A stretch of 64,000 nucleotides of DNA from Chara braunii (taxonomy: Eukaryota > Plantae > Charophyceae), in contig BFEA01000021.1 of assembly GCA_003427395.1 (NCBI GenBank), forward strand, positions 4,568,964 through 4,632,963, read 5' to 3'. Below the pieces are notes generated by a model. That model had not been told where the DNA came from. It made no database searches and saw only the letters and a list, made by a program, of their open reading frames with translations. Position 1 is the first letter of the stretch. Each line of letters begins with the position of its first letter. A program made the translations under genes and the position numbers. Shown piece after piece: positions 23,652-37,996 of the stretch.

Positions 23652-26600
23652 TCAAACCATTTCTTCCTGCTCGAACCCAAACCAGCTCAGCGGAACCAGG
23701 CTTAAGGAGGAGGGGGCGAAGGGGTCTGGGAATTCTGAAAGGGGGCAAAGGGGTATAGCAGGGTCTATATTTGTCCAGTCATGAAAAATCAAACGGTAAT
23801 CCTTCTGACCTTCTCTCTTACTTCCGGCCAGGCTTTCTTTCCTGTCTCTGCTCTTTTTAATCTCCCCTATCTTGCCCCCTTGAGGCCCCCCTAGCCATGC
23901 GCCACTGAACTGTTTTATGTGTTGTAGGATTTCTTTTTCTGAGGATAGAAATTTTATCTTTTTTTTTACTTTATCCCATTGAGCTGAGATAACTGTCTGC
24001 ACTTGCAGTTTGATTGATTCTGTAAATTCTGGTCCTTCCAGCCTTGCTCCCTCCATTTCAAATGTGCATTTGCACCTCCATAGGGTCCAAAGGATTGCAC
24101 GTCTCTTGTTTACAAATAAATTGTGAGAAAATTCATCCAACTGCTCGGGAAACCAGGTTTCACATAATAGTGCTTTCCACTTCCACGGCCAGGTTTGACA
24201 TGCGTTAATATTGGTTCATATCCTATCCCACCATCGCCATAGCCAAACAGCGCCTGGACAGTGCAGAAAAATGTGTTCGATGGTTTCCGGGATCTTCCTC
24301 GTCGGAAAAGTTGAGCAACACAGTTTACACCAAGGTAAAGCAACCCCCCTTTGTTCTAAAGAGGATCTCTCAATAAGCCAATCATTAGTTGGAGACATCG
24401 ATGGTCTATCTGTTATTGTAGAGAGACGACTTTGGTGGACTTGGTCTTTATCGTTTTGAACCATTTGATGTTTCGTACTTCCTCTCTGCTGACATTTAAT
24501 TGTTTCATTCATCTTGCTTTCACTCTATCTTTGAGGTTCAACCTAGGTCTTAACATACGGTAGGTTCATTTTACTGTTAGTGTGTGAAGAGAGCGGATGC
24601 ATTTTCCTCGTCTCCCCATGGGAACCATCGAAATCCAGGATGTCGGGTCTAAGGCCAATTTATTAATCGCACATGATGGTCTAAAGACCAGTCAATGTTC
24701 TTTGCATCTTAAGACTCTAATCCTGAAGACTTGTTCTGTTGAGACCCATCTGGTTTCCTTTGATTGACTTTCCATAAAGTTATTGTTATATGTGAGCGAA
24801 AACAAGAAGATAAGAATGACCCCATCTACATTTACCATTATTACACTACCGACTAAATGTGTTTTCCCTTGGATGCCAACCCAATCACCTTCCTTAATTT
24901 GCGGACCTTTCTTGAGGATCTTCACCCACTCTAGGGGAATGGATTCAATTATTGTCTCCAGTGCCTCTTCTGACTTCCTACAATAGCGCAGGCTGGAGAG
25001 GGCACCAGTCACGAGCTTCTGCACTCCAAATATCCCCAATTCTGTGTATTCCTTTACTCATCTATCCCTTCGAGGGGGAATCCCTGCAATGAAGCATCCT
25101 ACCCCGGGTGTCTGTGATCCATCTGTTATTGAATATAGGTTGCTGACAGACTTCTTCCCAATGGTTTGGGGGAACTTTGTCTGGAAGTGGTAATTTGCGC
25201 CAAGTTCGTATTAGATCCTTCCAAAAGGGGTCCTTTCTTAAATCTTCCCTTGTTGCTCGACGATGAGGGTCAGTTTCTTGTGTTGAGGTCTGTATTCTTC
25301 CTTTTGGGATTGACCAGTAACGATTTTCCAACCATGTCATCGGATCTATCCCCTCGGGAGTTGATGGAGCTAGTCGTGAAATTTGCTCCCAGGCTAGAGC
25401 TGACCAGGGTACGTTTGGATTCAAAAGTAACCTTAGTATCCACTGAATGGAGAGAGCCCTTGTTTGAGTGTCAGGGTCTAGTAATCCCAATCCCCCTCTT
25501 ATCTTAGTTTGGATTATTGCTTGTCAGGACACTCTACTTATTATATTCTTATACTCATGGTTACCTCTCCAAAGGTAAGTTGTGATTTGCCTCTGTAGAG
25601 ATTTGAGAGTCGGTTTATCCTGAAACCATACTGCTGATTTGTACCAAATCGAGGCAAGGATCACATTATTTATAATCAGTGATCTGCCAATAATAAATGT
25701 TTTCTTATCTTTCCATAATTCTAATTTAGCTAAAGCCGGCTTAGAGATCCAATCATTGTTTGTTGATGGTTTTCCTTCTGCATATAAAGTGATACCTAAC
25801 ACTCTGATTGGGATTGTTAGTGATAAGCAGTTGATCCTTGGTTGCTATGGGGGTCTCACTCCCTGATGATGTATCCACCATCCTTGAGTTTTTGTCCCCC
25901 AGTCCATTCTCATATTTGATAGTTCACAAAATTTGTCCATCAAAGCTTAATTGTTGTTAAATTATCAGAAGAGGCTTCTATCATCAAGGAAAGATCATCG
26001 GCGAAAAGTGAACAGACAGGTATGGCTTCTTCTGGATATAACTGACCTGTATTCTTTTAATGTCCTTGTTATATCGTAGATTGGCCGTTAGGGCTTCCAT
26101 TACAAACTCAAAAAAAAGTGGGGCAATCGGATCTCCCTGTCTCACTGATTGTTCGAGTGAGATTGGTGGTGCTAAATTTTCATTTATCATCACCCTGGTG
26201 TTGGCGTCTGCGTGCAGGATCTCTATCTACCTCCTAAATCCAGGACCGAAATTAAACTTTTCCAAACATTTGTCCAGAAAAAAACAATCCACATGATCAT
26301 AGGCTTTCTCAAAATCTATAAAGATAAAGGCAACATTATGTTTGGATTGTCTTGATAATTTAATTAATTCATTAACCAGTAGTATGTTGTCCTGAATGTT
26401 CCTACCCTCGATAAATCCTGTTTGAGTCGGATTAATGATTTCGGTTGTTATTTTCAGCAAACGATTCGCTAACGCCTTTGCTCCCAATTTATATACCACT
26501 GGTCGTAGGGTGATAGGTCTGTAATTACGAATATTTGTCTTGTCTCCTTTTTTGTACAACAAAGTCAGTACCCCTTGGTTCACTAGTTCCCTCATTATTC

Positions 26601-28259
26601 CTGAGATTCATACTTCGTGGTAGAAGTCCATGAGATCTTGGGCGAGAAAATCCCACATGGTTTCCCATAATTCTTTGGGTAGTCCGTCTATTCCTGGAGT
26701 CTTTTCCTCCTCCATCATCATGAGGGTTGTCCAGATTTCATCTTTTGTTAGTGGTTGATTTAGCATGGAGCTCTGGTGCTCTGTTATTTTTTTATTCAAA
26801 GGTTGAAGAAAATTCTCAATCTCTTTCACTTTTTTATCTTGAGGTAGGTGTTTGCATTCCGACGTGAAAAGATTTTGATAGAAATCTCTCGCTATTTTCG
26901 TACATTCTGCTGTCGATGTTACCAGGGACTGAGGATTTCTTTGGGGATCAGAAAGTGCTTCGATGATTGTCCGTCCTGTTCTAGCCTTCGCCAATGCAAA
27001 AAATCTAGCATCCATAGTCCCTTCGGTGATATAACCTCTCATCTTACCTCTGATTCTGATTCCTTGCCAACGATGTTTCATATGACCTAGTAGTTTGGAC
27101 TCCAATCCGTTAATATCTGCATTTATATTAGCTAGTTCTGACTCACTTTGATCTTCCTCTTCTTAATGGTGTAAGTCGTTGAGTTGTTTCTGTATATTGA
27201 TTTCTTCTCGATGTCGTTGTTGAGCAAGTAATTTGGAGTATTCATTGCATTTACGGCCTAAAAAATTCAGACCGTTGTTGAACCAACGTATATCATCTTG
27301 GATTAGGTCCTTTTGTTCCCTCCAGAAGGACCAGACATCTTGAAGATATACTTTAAATCGATCGATCTTTAGTAGAGAAGTGTTCAATTTGTAGAATCCT
27401 CTGCCTTGATCCGGTTTTTTCCTGAATGATAGTAACGTCACATTCATGGTGTGATCAAGGCCTGGAAAGACACTTTGTGGAAAGATGCCTGCTATTAAAA
27501 GAGCACCTTCCAACTCATTTGACAATAGTATAAGGTTTATGCGAGATTTCAAGGTTTTCTTCATTTAATCCTTTCTGAAGCACGTGTAGGTTCGTTTTGT
27601 AGGGAAGAGGCGCGTGTAAGCATCGAAGAGGTGTAGTGACTGACACAGACCCTCAATGATTTGCTCATCCATATCAATGTATGTTGGACATGGGGAGGGG
27701 ATTTGCCAGCGATCCAGATGTCTGTTGGGGCTGCGTTGAAATCCCCTGCCATTACCACTGGATTCCTACCGGGAGACGAATTCCTTAAGGATTCAAATAA
27801 CCTTCTTCTTTCCGCTACCTCATTTGGGCCATAAACACACAAGATAGTTATCATATCTATTTCTAGCATTGCTAATATAAATACTCATTTCCCCTCCTCC
27901 TTGTCTGCTTCCCAGTATAGGGGTTCAATCCTTGAGTTTGGCGGGATCCAGATAGCTACCCCTGCACTACCTGGTCGTGGGGAGTGTGCTCTAAAGGCTT
28001 GATGAGGCCATATTTGTTTGTGTGTATGGTGATGATCTGCGTTATCCATCAAGTGTGTCTCTTCCATGGAGATAACATCAGGCCAGTCTCTGCTTTCCAC
28101 TCCTTTGAATTGTTCATAGATAGCCTGTTTTTTTTGTGGCTTGGCAGAAGCTAGGCCGTTCACATTAAGCGACCGAAGGTCTAAATCTGCTGCTCTTTTT
28201 AGAAACTTTCATTCCTTGTTTCTATTATAAAGCACGTCCAGTGTATTCAATCCTTCCAT
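23652..28259 (-). pseudogene. B2 ORF2 (APE - RT - zf-RVT), disrupted
   Basis: DLRSLNVNGL, EETH, VYGPN, AGDFN, NYRPIT, FIDFEKAYDHVD, SVRQGDP, LFADD (frameshifted), WCKLC..EHIFLHC. Confidence 0.95.
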
Positions 28260-28329
28260 CTATGCTTATTTTGCTATCTGTTAACTATACTGTTTTTTAT
28301 TGATTCCGATAGTATTTACTAAGTCTGAG

Positions 28330-31300
28330 AAAGTCTTAGAAAGTTCACAGGGTCAGCCAATGCCCTGAGTCCAGCTTATCTCCCTGTTCTAGTAACTCTT
28401 GTCCATTTCTCAAAAGACGAGAGAGTAAGATTTGGACATCAGTTTCATACCAGAATTCTCCCCCTTGATTTTCAACTGCTGAAGTTCAACTAGCATATTT
28501 GGAGTGAACCTGCTCATAACGAAGGAATACGTCTGTGGCTGACACCTGGTGAGTGTTTGCTGAGAGAATGAGTACCGCCACTCCCCCAAGTGGAAGCCGC
28601 GCTTGAATAACTTTAGCTATTTCAGCTTTGAAGCGCGCTTCCCCTGTCATTTTTCCTAATAAAGGTGAAAGAAAGTCAGCCGGTGTTCCATGTACTGTTA
28701 CTTCTCTGTGTGCAGATCCAACTGGTTCCGAAAGGTCAACCTCTCATTCTCCTTTACTTTGTCTGACTGGTAGGATCAAAATGCCTGGTTTGAATAATGC
28801 CAGGTCTGGATATCCTTTCGAAAGTAAGATTTACAGTTTCTGTCTTCTGCTGAGTATCGTGTCGTCTGGAGGTGAAAGAGGTGAAAGAGGAGGAAGAGAG
28901 GGGTGTTTCTGCAGTCCCTTGGGTTGGGGTTTTACCATTTGGGTGTTCTCTCCCTTTAACATCTGAGTGTTATTGTCAGTCACAACTTTTTTTCCCCACT
29001 CTTCAAGTTTCCTGTTATCCGAATCTGACTTCACTAGTACTTGATGACTTCCTTCTCCCTCTGATTGTCATCCCCCTAGTATAACATCTTCTTGTTGTTT
29101 CTTAGTGAGGTCTTCCTGTGACTGCGGAAGCAACATAAATTTATTTTCCCCGGTTACTTCGGATACCACTTCCTTGATATTGTAGGTAGTCGTGGATTCA
29201 ACCACCCGCTTAGGTGGAGTGTCATCCCTTGGGGCCCCTCACCCAGCCTTTTTCCTCCCTCTCGATCCCCATTTATCCAAGGACCTTCCTCCCGCGACCC
29301 TTTCTCCTCCCCCTCTCCTATCTCACCTTCGCTGCCTCTGACTCCTTGTTGTTCAGTTACTCTCCATTTCCCTTGTTCTTTGTCAGGCCCGTTGTCCCCT
29401 TCCCCTGCCCCCCCATTCATTGGGGTATATCCATCCTCCTTTTCTCCCCCTGGTGATCTTTCTCCCTCTTCACCCTCTTCCTCACCCATCCCTTGTCTTT
29501 TGTCTGTCTCCGAGCCCTCCTGCTCCAGTGTCAGTTCCCTTGTCTGTTCCTCATCTGACTGTGCTGTTTGTTCCTCCAAAAATGCACCTGGAGACTGCCT
29601 CGATGAGTGACAGGCATGTAACGCAGCTTTTGGTCCTGCTTTAGACTCTGCGTTTCGATGGCTCGTTTCCACTGTTTCAACTGTGGCCATGGTGCAGCTT
29701 GTTTCTGTTGTTTCAACAGTGGCCATGGTGCATTTGTCTTTTGCCTGTCTTGGTGAGTGATTACTAGGGGATAGTATTTTTTTGAAAAAATTTATTCCTT
29801 CGTTAACTGCCCCTAGTCCTTTGCTGACCACCGACTTCTCAGTCTCCGGACCCATAGTGTTACTTAGGACTTTTTCTGTGCGTTCTCCTTTTTCCTCTGT
29901 GCTATGTGTTGTGGCTACTAGTGGTGCTGCGGTTTCTTCTTCCATATGGACCGGTAAGTTCTGAGAAATTTTTGTTGAGGAAAATTTTCCTTCTCATGGT
30001 TTTGGCCTCCTGTTGTCGAATGATTATTTGGTCTTTCCTGGCCTTGGGCTGGGGGGGGGTGGAGTCGCATTGCCACTATTGGCAATAAACGATGGCACAT
30101 TTGATGCCAACTCACTCCCTCCGGCAGGCCTTGTTCTAGTGCTGATCAGAGGCTTGAGCTGGTCTCCAACAGTGGGACCAGGTGTCTGTAGGTGTCGTCC
30201 CAAAATTCCTCCGAGTGGCCCTGAAATCTGAGTCTGAGGTTTTCCAGCAACCATTCCGCCACTTTTCCCAAGTCTGAGATCCGGTCCTCTGTCTGTGTTT
30301 GTTCAGCCCCAGTGTGCCTGGATCTTTCCGGAAGCGGGGGTGCTCTTGGAAGAGGGTCCACTTCCATTGGTTGGACCCCAAATGCATCCTTCAGCGGGTC
30401 CAGGTCCATTGGCTCCGGACCTTTGCCATCAGGTGGCTCACTAGAGGAGGTTTCCGTCATTGGCATTTTTTTCTTTTTCTTTTGACGCCTTGCTCTCTTT
30501 AGATTTTTTATCCTTGTTCTCAGCAGTTTGTTCTCTTGAGTTTTTTTTTCCCTTTTCCTCCATCCCTCCTTCTTTGTCCAGGGGGCTGAAATGGTTGCCC
30601 GTCGGGATGTAAAAACTTGCTTTTGGGTCGAAGCGGCTCCTGTTCTGTTGTGACTTCAGCGGCTTGTGAGGTTGTTTATTTGTGTTTTCTTTCCTCTCAC
30701 CCCCTACTTTGTCTCTTGGAGATCCTGGGGCCTTGGGTTTGGTTTGCTGCTGCGGTCTAGTATTGCGTCCGGAGGATTGTTGTAACTGTGGTTTACAATC
30801 TGCTGGCGGACGTAATGCCCAACGCGGGTCTCCCCTCCCTTCCCAAATCCACCCGCTGGACTGTCCCCCTGATGATTGGTCATCCACGTAGACCCATCCC
30901 TCATCTGTTTGCGCGTAGAGGGTCTCTTTTCAGCTGTCCCTCCGTGCCCACTGTCTGTTGGGGGTGTTGTGGGCAGGAGGTCCCCGTGCTGAGGTGGCCA
31001 TAAGCCCTGCATTTGTAACACCATGGTCTAAATTTGTGGGCTGTGTGAATTTGATACAGCCTTCCTCCCATTTTGAATGGAATTATATCATCTAAGGAGA
31101 AAGGTTGATCTTTGGGAAGATCCAATGCCATCATCAGATAGTCGTCCCTTTTGGCCATGTGTGTCGGTAGTGGGTCGATGAAATCGACAATTTTGTATTG
31201 TTGGCCAAAGTCGTGGATGAATGCCGCTTGTATCTCTACCGCGATATGCCTGAATTCCACCCAGTAGTAATCTTTCATTAAATGATCTCTCTTCTCTTCC

Positions 31301-32460
31301 GGGCCTATCTTCTTCGACATCCAGGGGTAAATACGAACATCTAACTTGTCCCACTGCAGTTTTTTCCAGCCATCCATCCTGCGTTTATCCTGTTCGAAAA
31401 GACTGAGAACTGTAAAGACTGTGAGTGTCACTGGCTGAATGAGAAAAAACTCATGAACTGCCTCAGGACTATCCTTCAACGATTCCAGTTTTTTACACAG
31501 CCATTTGATTTTATCATTCACTGACCGGTATGCGCCGTCATCGTAGAAAATCCAGTTGCTGGCATGTTTTGTGTAGACTACATCCCTCTGAGCCAACTTG
31601 TCTGCAGGGTAGGACTTCATCAGCGTCTTCCTTCCCCCTTGGTCTACAACTTTCTGTTCCGAGGGCAGGAGGAAGAGAGTGAGGAAGTATGCCCTTGCAG
31701 ATGATAAATTTCTCAACGGGACTTTCACTTCCTCCGCTGGCAGGCTAGGATCATTAACTGATGGTCTCATAATGGTTAAGGATTTATCCTCAACGGTTTC
31801 CCTAACTTTCTTTGCCCATAAGGGTTGTCCTGTTGGCTGGGAGGGTTGGGTCACTTGTGAGGGTTGTGAGTCTTGTGCTATCTGTTGTGATTGTCTATCA
31901 CTCTCTGTTCTCTCTGTTCTTTATGTCCTCATTTCTTCCTCTGTCAGCACCTCCCCCTCCTCGTCTTCCATCATGAGATCCTGATCAGGAGAGATCGCCC
32001 CTCGCTGGTCTGCTGATAGTTGCCCCAATGCGACTCCTGTTAACAAAGGTTGAAACTGTTGGGGTTGTTGGGAGTGCATGATAGGAGAGGTGAGAGATGG
32101 GGGGGGGAGGAGCAGAGTCTCTGATTTGTTTACCTGCGAAAGACCTCCCCCCTGCATTGCCTGCTCGTTTGAGACTCTTTGAGTCGGCTCGATTTGCATG
32201 GCCACCATTGCTACCCCTTCCCTGGGTTTCTGTGCATTCCCCATCCTATTACCACCGAGCATCACTGGACGAGTATAGGGACTTGGGCCCAGCTGTCTGA
32301 GAAGATTGTGGCGCTTTGCGCCTTGGTAGAACAGCAGGGATCCAGGTCCCTTCGCCTTTGCATATCCTATCTTCATTGTGGCTTTCCTTCCTTCTCCTTT
32401 TTTTTTTTTTTTAGTCTGAGTGAATTTTGGTCTGTTATCGTGCAGTCCTAGATGTGACAA
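28330..32460 (-). pseudogene. B2 ORF1 (RRM-like region, CX2CX4HX6C knuckle, long disordered linker, C-terminal domain)
   Basis: ORF 30901..31854 YWVEFRH..WCYKCRAYGHLSTGTSC; GILILPVRQSKGE*EVDL near 28790. True start uncertain. Confidence 0.8.
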
Positions 32461-34641
32461 CGGGGCCTTCTATGACGATTTAATCCCTGGTTTATATCAC
32501 TTATGAGGATAAAAGAACGTGTGGGATTACAATGTTACTGGTGGATGAGGTGAAGACCGAAAGGAGAAATGGGAGAGGGAACGTGTGGGGTTACAATGTT
32601 ATTGGTGGATGAGGTGAGGACCGAATGGAGGAAATGGGAGAGGGAGAGGGGAGAGGCTAGGATGAGGAAGAAGGTGGATTGGGGGGGGGGGGGGGAGGGG
32701 GGGGTAGGAGGCGGCAGGTGTGGGGGGGAGGGTTGGGGGAGGGAGAGGAGGTGTATATAATTTATCCTCTGAGAGGGGAGGGGCGAAAGAGGGATAATAT
32801 TGAGAATGACCGTGATTTATCGGATAGAATGAAGAGTGGAGAGGGGAAAGGGAAGGGAAGAGGAAAAGGAGAGAGGGGAGGATATGGGTTGAGTAAAGGG
32901 GCGGAGATGTTTGTTGATGAATAGCGAGGGGGAGGAGGTGTTGGATGGGGAGTGGGGGAGAGTCGGGTTGGGTGTTAGCGAGAGTGACGAGGTGTTGGAT
33001 GAGGAGTGGGGGAGAGTCGGGTTGATTGTTGAAAATGTGAGGAGGATGAGAGGAGGATAGCTTAATCTTGTCCAGACGGTTGGAGATTTCGTTCCTTGTT
33101 GTTGATCAAACCTAACCAAGTTCAATTTCGATTAGCAGTTTCTTTGTGCCTTTGATCACTTCCATCTGTAGCTCCTGAAGTTGGTATGGGTATGCTGTCA
33201 GCATTATAAATGTAATTATAAATATATTTGTCAATTTTGTTGTTGGTCGAGCGTTGTCTATGTGTGGCTTTGCGTTGTTAATTTTCTGTTAATTTTCTGT
33301 GTACACTATTTACCACACTCGTCTTAGTAGGGTCTCAGATGCTTTTAGGCACATTCCTGGAGTTGTCTGGCCGCAGATCCCTTCAGATTTATGCAATAGG
33401 ATGCTGAGAGTGATTAAGCCCATTTATTTCCAATACCCCGGTCCACCTTCCTTGTCTTCCAGGGGATATGTTTCCTTTGAAACTTGAGTAATTTTGTTGT
33501 TTTTTATGTGCTGAGTCGATTTTTTTTTTTTTGGGCGTTGGCTTTGACTTTTCTAGCCGGGGGGCTCCCAAAAGGTAAGGTAGGGTAAGAGGGATAGGGC
33601 TGATTATCGGAGAGAACACACCTTGACAGCTGCCATTCTTCTTCTCCTGTGGAAACGGGGTGGTGTACTCCTCCGCTGTTGCTGATCGACACTTTTTCCT
33701 GTGAATTGTCTCCACGTTTCTTCGTTGCCACTAAGGAGGTTCACGGCCCTATCCCCCTCCTTACCCTCTCTTCAAAAGAACTCCTTCGTAGACTCTTTGA
33801 CCCCTCCAACTTTCTATCAAAAGGAAAACCTTTGCTGACCGATACTTATTGGCGATGATTGTCTTTCTGCTTCGATCTTCTGAGCGGTCGGATTGCTGCT
33901 TCTGACCTATTTCACGACCAACATTTACTTGCTACAACTATCTATCCCTTCATATTATTCTCCTCCCTGAGGCTGATCTAGTCTATTGATATTCCTTTGA
34001 TCTACATTCTACTTATGCCTAACCTAATTGTAGTTGCAATTTATTTTCAGCCACTGCATCCTGCCTTGTCTGATGACCTCTCGCAAAAATGTTTGATTGC
34101 TCCTTGTTTGACGATTCCTCTTCCGCTAAGTCTCTCCCTGTCTGATTATTTTTATCCATCGTCGTGACGACATTGGCAGCCACTCCCACTTCCGAATGTG
34201 TGAACACCTTGTGCTGGCTTCCAAATGACTCACTACCTGTTTGAGACCTTGCCTTCCAAGACGTAGAAGTACTCCCTGTCTTAATTGTATTGTTGACGTC
34301 GCCTGCTCGTTTGACCTCAGCGGTGTCTTCTCACTGTTCTTTTGACGAAAATGACGACTCTCTTACACTTTGACCTCGAAAGGCTCACTCCACTAAATTC
34401 CTGCGGCGATGACAGCAGTCAACCCCGTCTCAGCCAATGTAGCTTCAATCCCAAGCTACGGCTATGGAACCTTCACGTGGCAAACACGGAGGCGATGGAA
34501 CGGGGCCTCTCGTGTTTGAGCTCAACGACCACATTAGCCTGTGGCGTGGCGTGAACTAGCACCCTTGCCTGTCGCGCGTGTACGAAACGCTCACTCCTCG
34601 CTCTTGAGGATCAGGGCGCAACTCTAAAATGCCTCCAGCTC

Positions 34642-37600
34642 TGAAGGGGGCGCCGTCGTCGTCGAGAATGTAGGGATTTCCAAAGAGAGGTTGTCGCCAC
34701 ACATCCTGCCATCTATTGGGGGGTCGTTTCTGATGCGGTCCGCACCGCCTCCAAAGTTTGATCATATTGGGCCACAACGGATCATTACTGATGTCGTTTA
34801 TGGTTAGTTGGGTCGAGGCGTTCCCCTGTCTGTGATGTGGGGGAAGCAGGGATTGTCCAACATTTATTTGTTAACCATTGGAAGGGGTGCACTCGACTGT
34901 TAGTCGTGGGTTCTGGGGCCGGGTTAGCAATTTGCAGGCAGGCCAAGGGGCCCCATGAGATGTAATTGCCTATCAGCAATCTGATGAGGACTTTAAAGAT
35001 CAAGGTCTCGCTTTCCCCTTCCGGGTCTAATATCTCTAGTCCCCCGTTGGTTCTTGGTTGTGTGAGGATATCCCAACTCACATGGTGCACACAACCAGGG
35101 GCACTTGCCTTGTTCTTCCACAAATAATTTGTGAGTGTCTTTCTAAGCCTGGTGCTCTGCTGCTTTTTCAGCGGCCAAACTGCCAGCTTGTACCAGATGG
35201 CTGCAAGAATAACATTGTTAATTGACAGGGCACGACCCACCAACGAGGTGTGCAGTCCCTCCCAACGTGACAGTCTGTCAATGGTTGTACCCACTAGCAG
35301 GTTGCCATGGTCTGGTGGCGGGCCCATCGCCGTGAGTCTCACCCCCAGGATCCTTATTGCATCTTCTTTCTAGGCCCACGCGACCCTTGGTTCGGGCAGG
35401 GGGGGGCTGCGCTTGAGGATGGAACCACCACCCCTCTGTTTTTGATCCCCAATTGACTTTCATGTCTGCTGCCAATGAGAAGAGGTGTATCACCTGAGTA
35501 AGTGCGCTGAGACTGTCCGGATCTGCCCTTATAAGAACCGTAAGGTTGTCTGCGAACAGCGATGTCATCGGGATCAGATGTTGGGGCAGCTCTGGGATAA
35601 GCACTTTGGTGATGTCGGGGTGAGCTCTAATTAGCGAAGCCATGGCTTCCATTACAATGACGAATAACAAAGAGGCGATGGGATCCCCCTGCCTGACTGA
35701 TCGTTTTAAATAAATCGGCAGTGACAGATGGCCATTGAGCATGATGTTTATGGAGGCTAATCTATGGAGGATCCGGATCCAGTGGGTAAAAGCCGGTCCA
35801 AAATTCATCTTGGTCAAACACAATTCAAGGAATTCCAAGTCCACATGATCGTAGGCTTTCTCAAAATCTATGAATAGGATGGCCGCCTGAACATTTCGTT
35901 GACGAACATATTTAATGGTCTCGTTGACCAGCAGGATATTGTCTTGGATATTGCGGTTGGGCATAAACCCAGTCTGGTCCGGGTGTATTAGCATATTCAT
36001 AAATGGGAGCAGACGATTGGTCAGTGCCTTGGCGACCATTTTGTAGGGGACGGGCAAGAGGGTGATAGGTCTGTAGTTTCTTATGTCCTCTTTGTCCCTT
36101 TTTTTGTAAAGGAGCGTGGTGACTCCCTGTCCGATCATGCCATTGAATGATCCCTCTTTTTGGACTGCCAGTATGTATCCCACGAGGTCATCCTTAAGAA
36201 GCTCCCAAAACTGCACCCAGAACTCTTTGTGGAAGGAGTCAATCCCCGGTGTCTTCTATTCGTCCATGTCTCGGAGGGCTTCCCAGACCTCTTGAGAGGT
36301 GAGTTCTTTTTCTAACTTTTGTCTTTGTTCTTGTGAGAGCCTTTTCTTTTAACGTTTGCAGCAGTGACTCTTTCGCATGAGTAACCTCTTGAGGATGCTT
36401 CATTGGCGTCTGGGAAGTGAAGAGATGACTGTAGTATTTAGCAGCGTAATCTACTATGGCATATGCATTGGTGGCCACCAGAGCATTAGATTCCATCGGG
36501 TGTTTGAGTCTAGGAACTGTACTGGCTCTCGTTCTGGCCTTTGCCTTGTTAAAGAAGGACTTTGTCATTGTGCCATCTGTGTGTTCCTTCTTGACTCTGG
36601 CCTGTATCCTCCATGCTTCCGACTGGTGCATAATATAATCTTGAAGATGGTCTCTGGCTTCCTGCAGTTTATCAAAGGAGGGGCGGTGAAGGGGGTCCTC
36701 CATAAGGTCTTCATCCCACTTTTCCAGTTTCTGCATGAGCCTATCTAAGATGGCTTTGCGGTCTCTGGCGTATTGGATTGAAAACTTTTTAGATATGTCT
36801 CTTAATTGTGCAACCGCATCGTTAAACCAGGCCACCCTTTCCCCTGATTGCGGTCGTTGTGTTTGCTAGTATTGCCAGAAGGAGGTGATCATGTCTTTAA
36901 ATTTAGGCAGGCGGAGGAGGGAGGTGTTAAGCTTATAGAAGCCCGGTCCTCTTTGGATATGAGTGTGGAATGAGAGGCCCAGTGTTATCATCCTGTGGTC
37001 AAAGGATTTACAAGGGCTTATGGTGGTTATTTCTGCAGTGGTGACTAACCGTATTAGATCTTTTGACACAAGGGTGAGATCTATTCGTGAGTTGGCCAGA
37101 CCATGTTCTCCCCTGGATGATAAACAGGTAAATGCCGTCTGACTTGGATGCAACAGTCTAAAGGCATCTTGTAGGTTCCTCTCTGCCATTAACTGCCTAA
37201 GCATGATAATATCAGGACCCAAGTTTGTTTGTGAGGAAGACGCCTGGTTGGACTGATGTCCAGCAGATCTGCGATCCATCAGAGGGGCAAAGGTCGTGTT
37301 GAAGTCGTCTGCGATTATTACAGGAGCATCGTCTGGTAGATGTTGGAGCAGGGAGAGGACAAGGTCAATTCTACCTGTCGGGGCGTTGGGTGCATAGACA
37401 CAAGCCAAGTAAAATTCATCTTCTTCATAGGCCACCTTGAGGCAGACCCACCTTCCTTGTTGCCTGTCGTAATCAACATTGAGCGGTTTGAGCCTGGAGG
37501 AGGGGGGAACCAGATTGCCACACCCGCCGACGCCCTCTCCCTCGCTGGCGCGGCGTAGCTTGCATATGGCCAGATGAACTTTGCTTGTGTTGTATGCTGC

Positions 37601-37912
37601 GGGGTATCCTGCAGATGTGTCTCTTGAACACACACCGCGTCCGGCCAACCCCCATTGGCCGGGTTCTTTAACATATTCCATATCGCAGTTTTTTTTTTCC
37701 GTATTTTCTTGGACCAATCCATTGACGTTGAGCGAACGGATATCAATGTCAGCTCTACCGAGCTTTGCTGCCCATAGGGGGGGCCTCCTGGTGGGGGGAA
37801 AGAGCCAAGGGGAAGGTGGACGTTGAGGGGGGTCTGGGGTCGTGGAGGCGGTTGAGGAACTTGTGATGCGGGCAACAGTTGGGGTTGTGACATTGAGTCC
37901 GGGTTGGGACAA
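34642..37912 (-). pseudogene. A2 ORF2 main part (APE - RT), disrupted
   Basis: IRSLNVNGL, CVQETH, VYAPN, SRIDL, SFDH, NYRPITLL, DFEKAYDHVD, SVRQGDP, LFADN (mutated active site). Confidence 0.95.
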
Positions 37913-37996
37913 CGGGTGACCGGAGGTTGGGCCAGTGGCTGCTTTCCCCTTGTATTTTAATTCATTTGCGTCAATGGTTGTTCGTGAATCATCAGT

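Larger units (their letters stand above)
23310..34641 (-). mobile_element. LINE B2, apparently full-length (11.3 kb), nested in A2 ORF2
   Basis: Poly(T) 23310..23330. 16-bp TSD TGAAGGGGGC(A/G)CCGTC at 23294..23309 and 34642..34657. Complete ORF1 plus ORF2 domain order. Confidence 0.95.
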
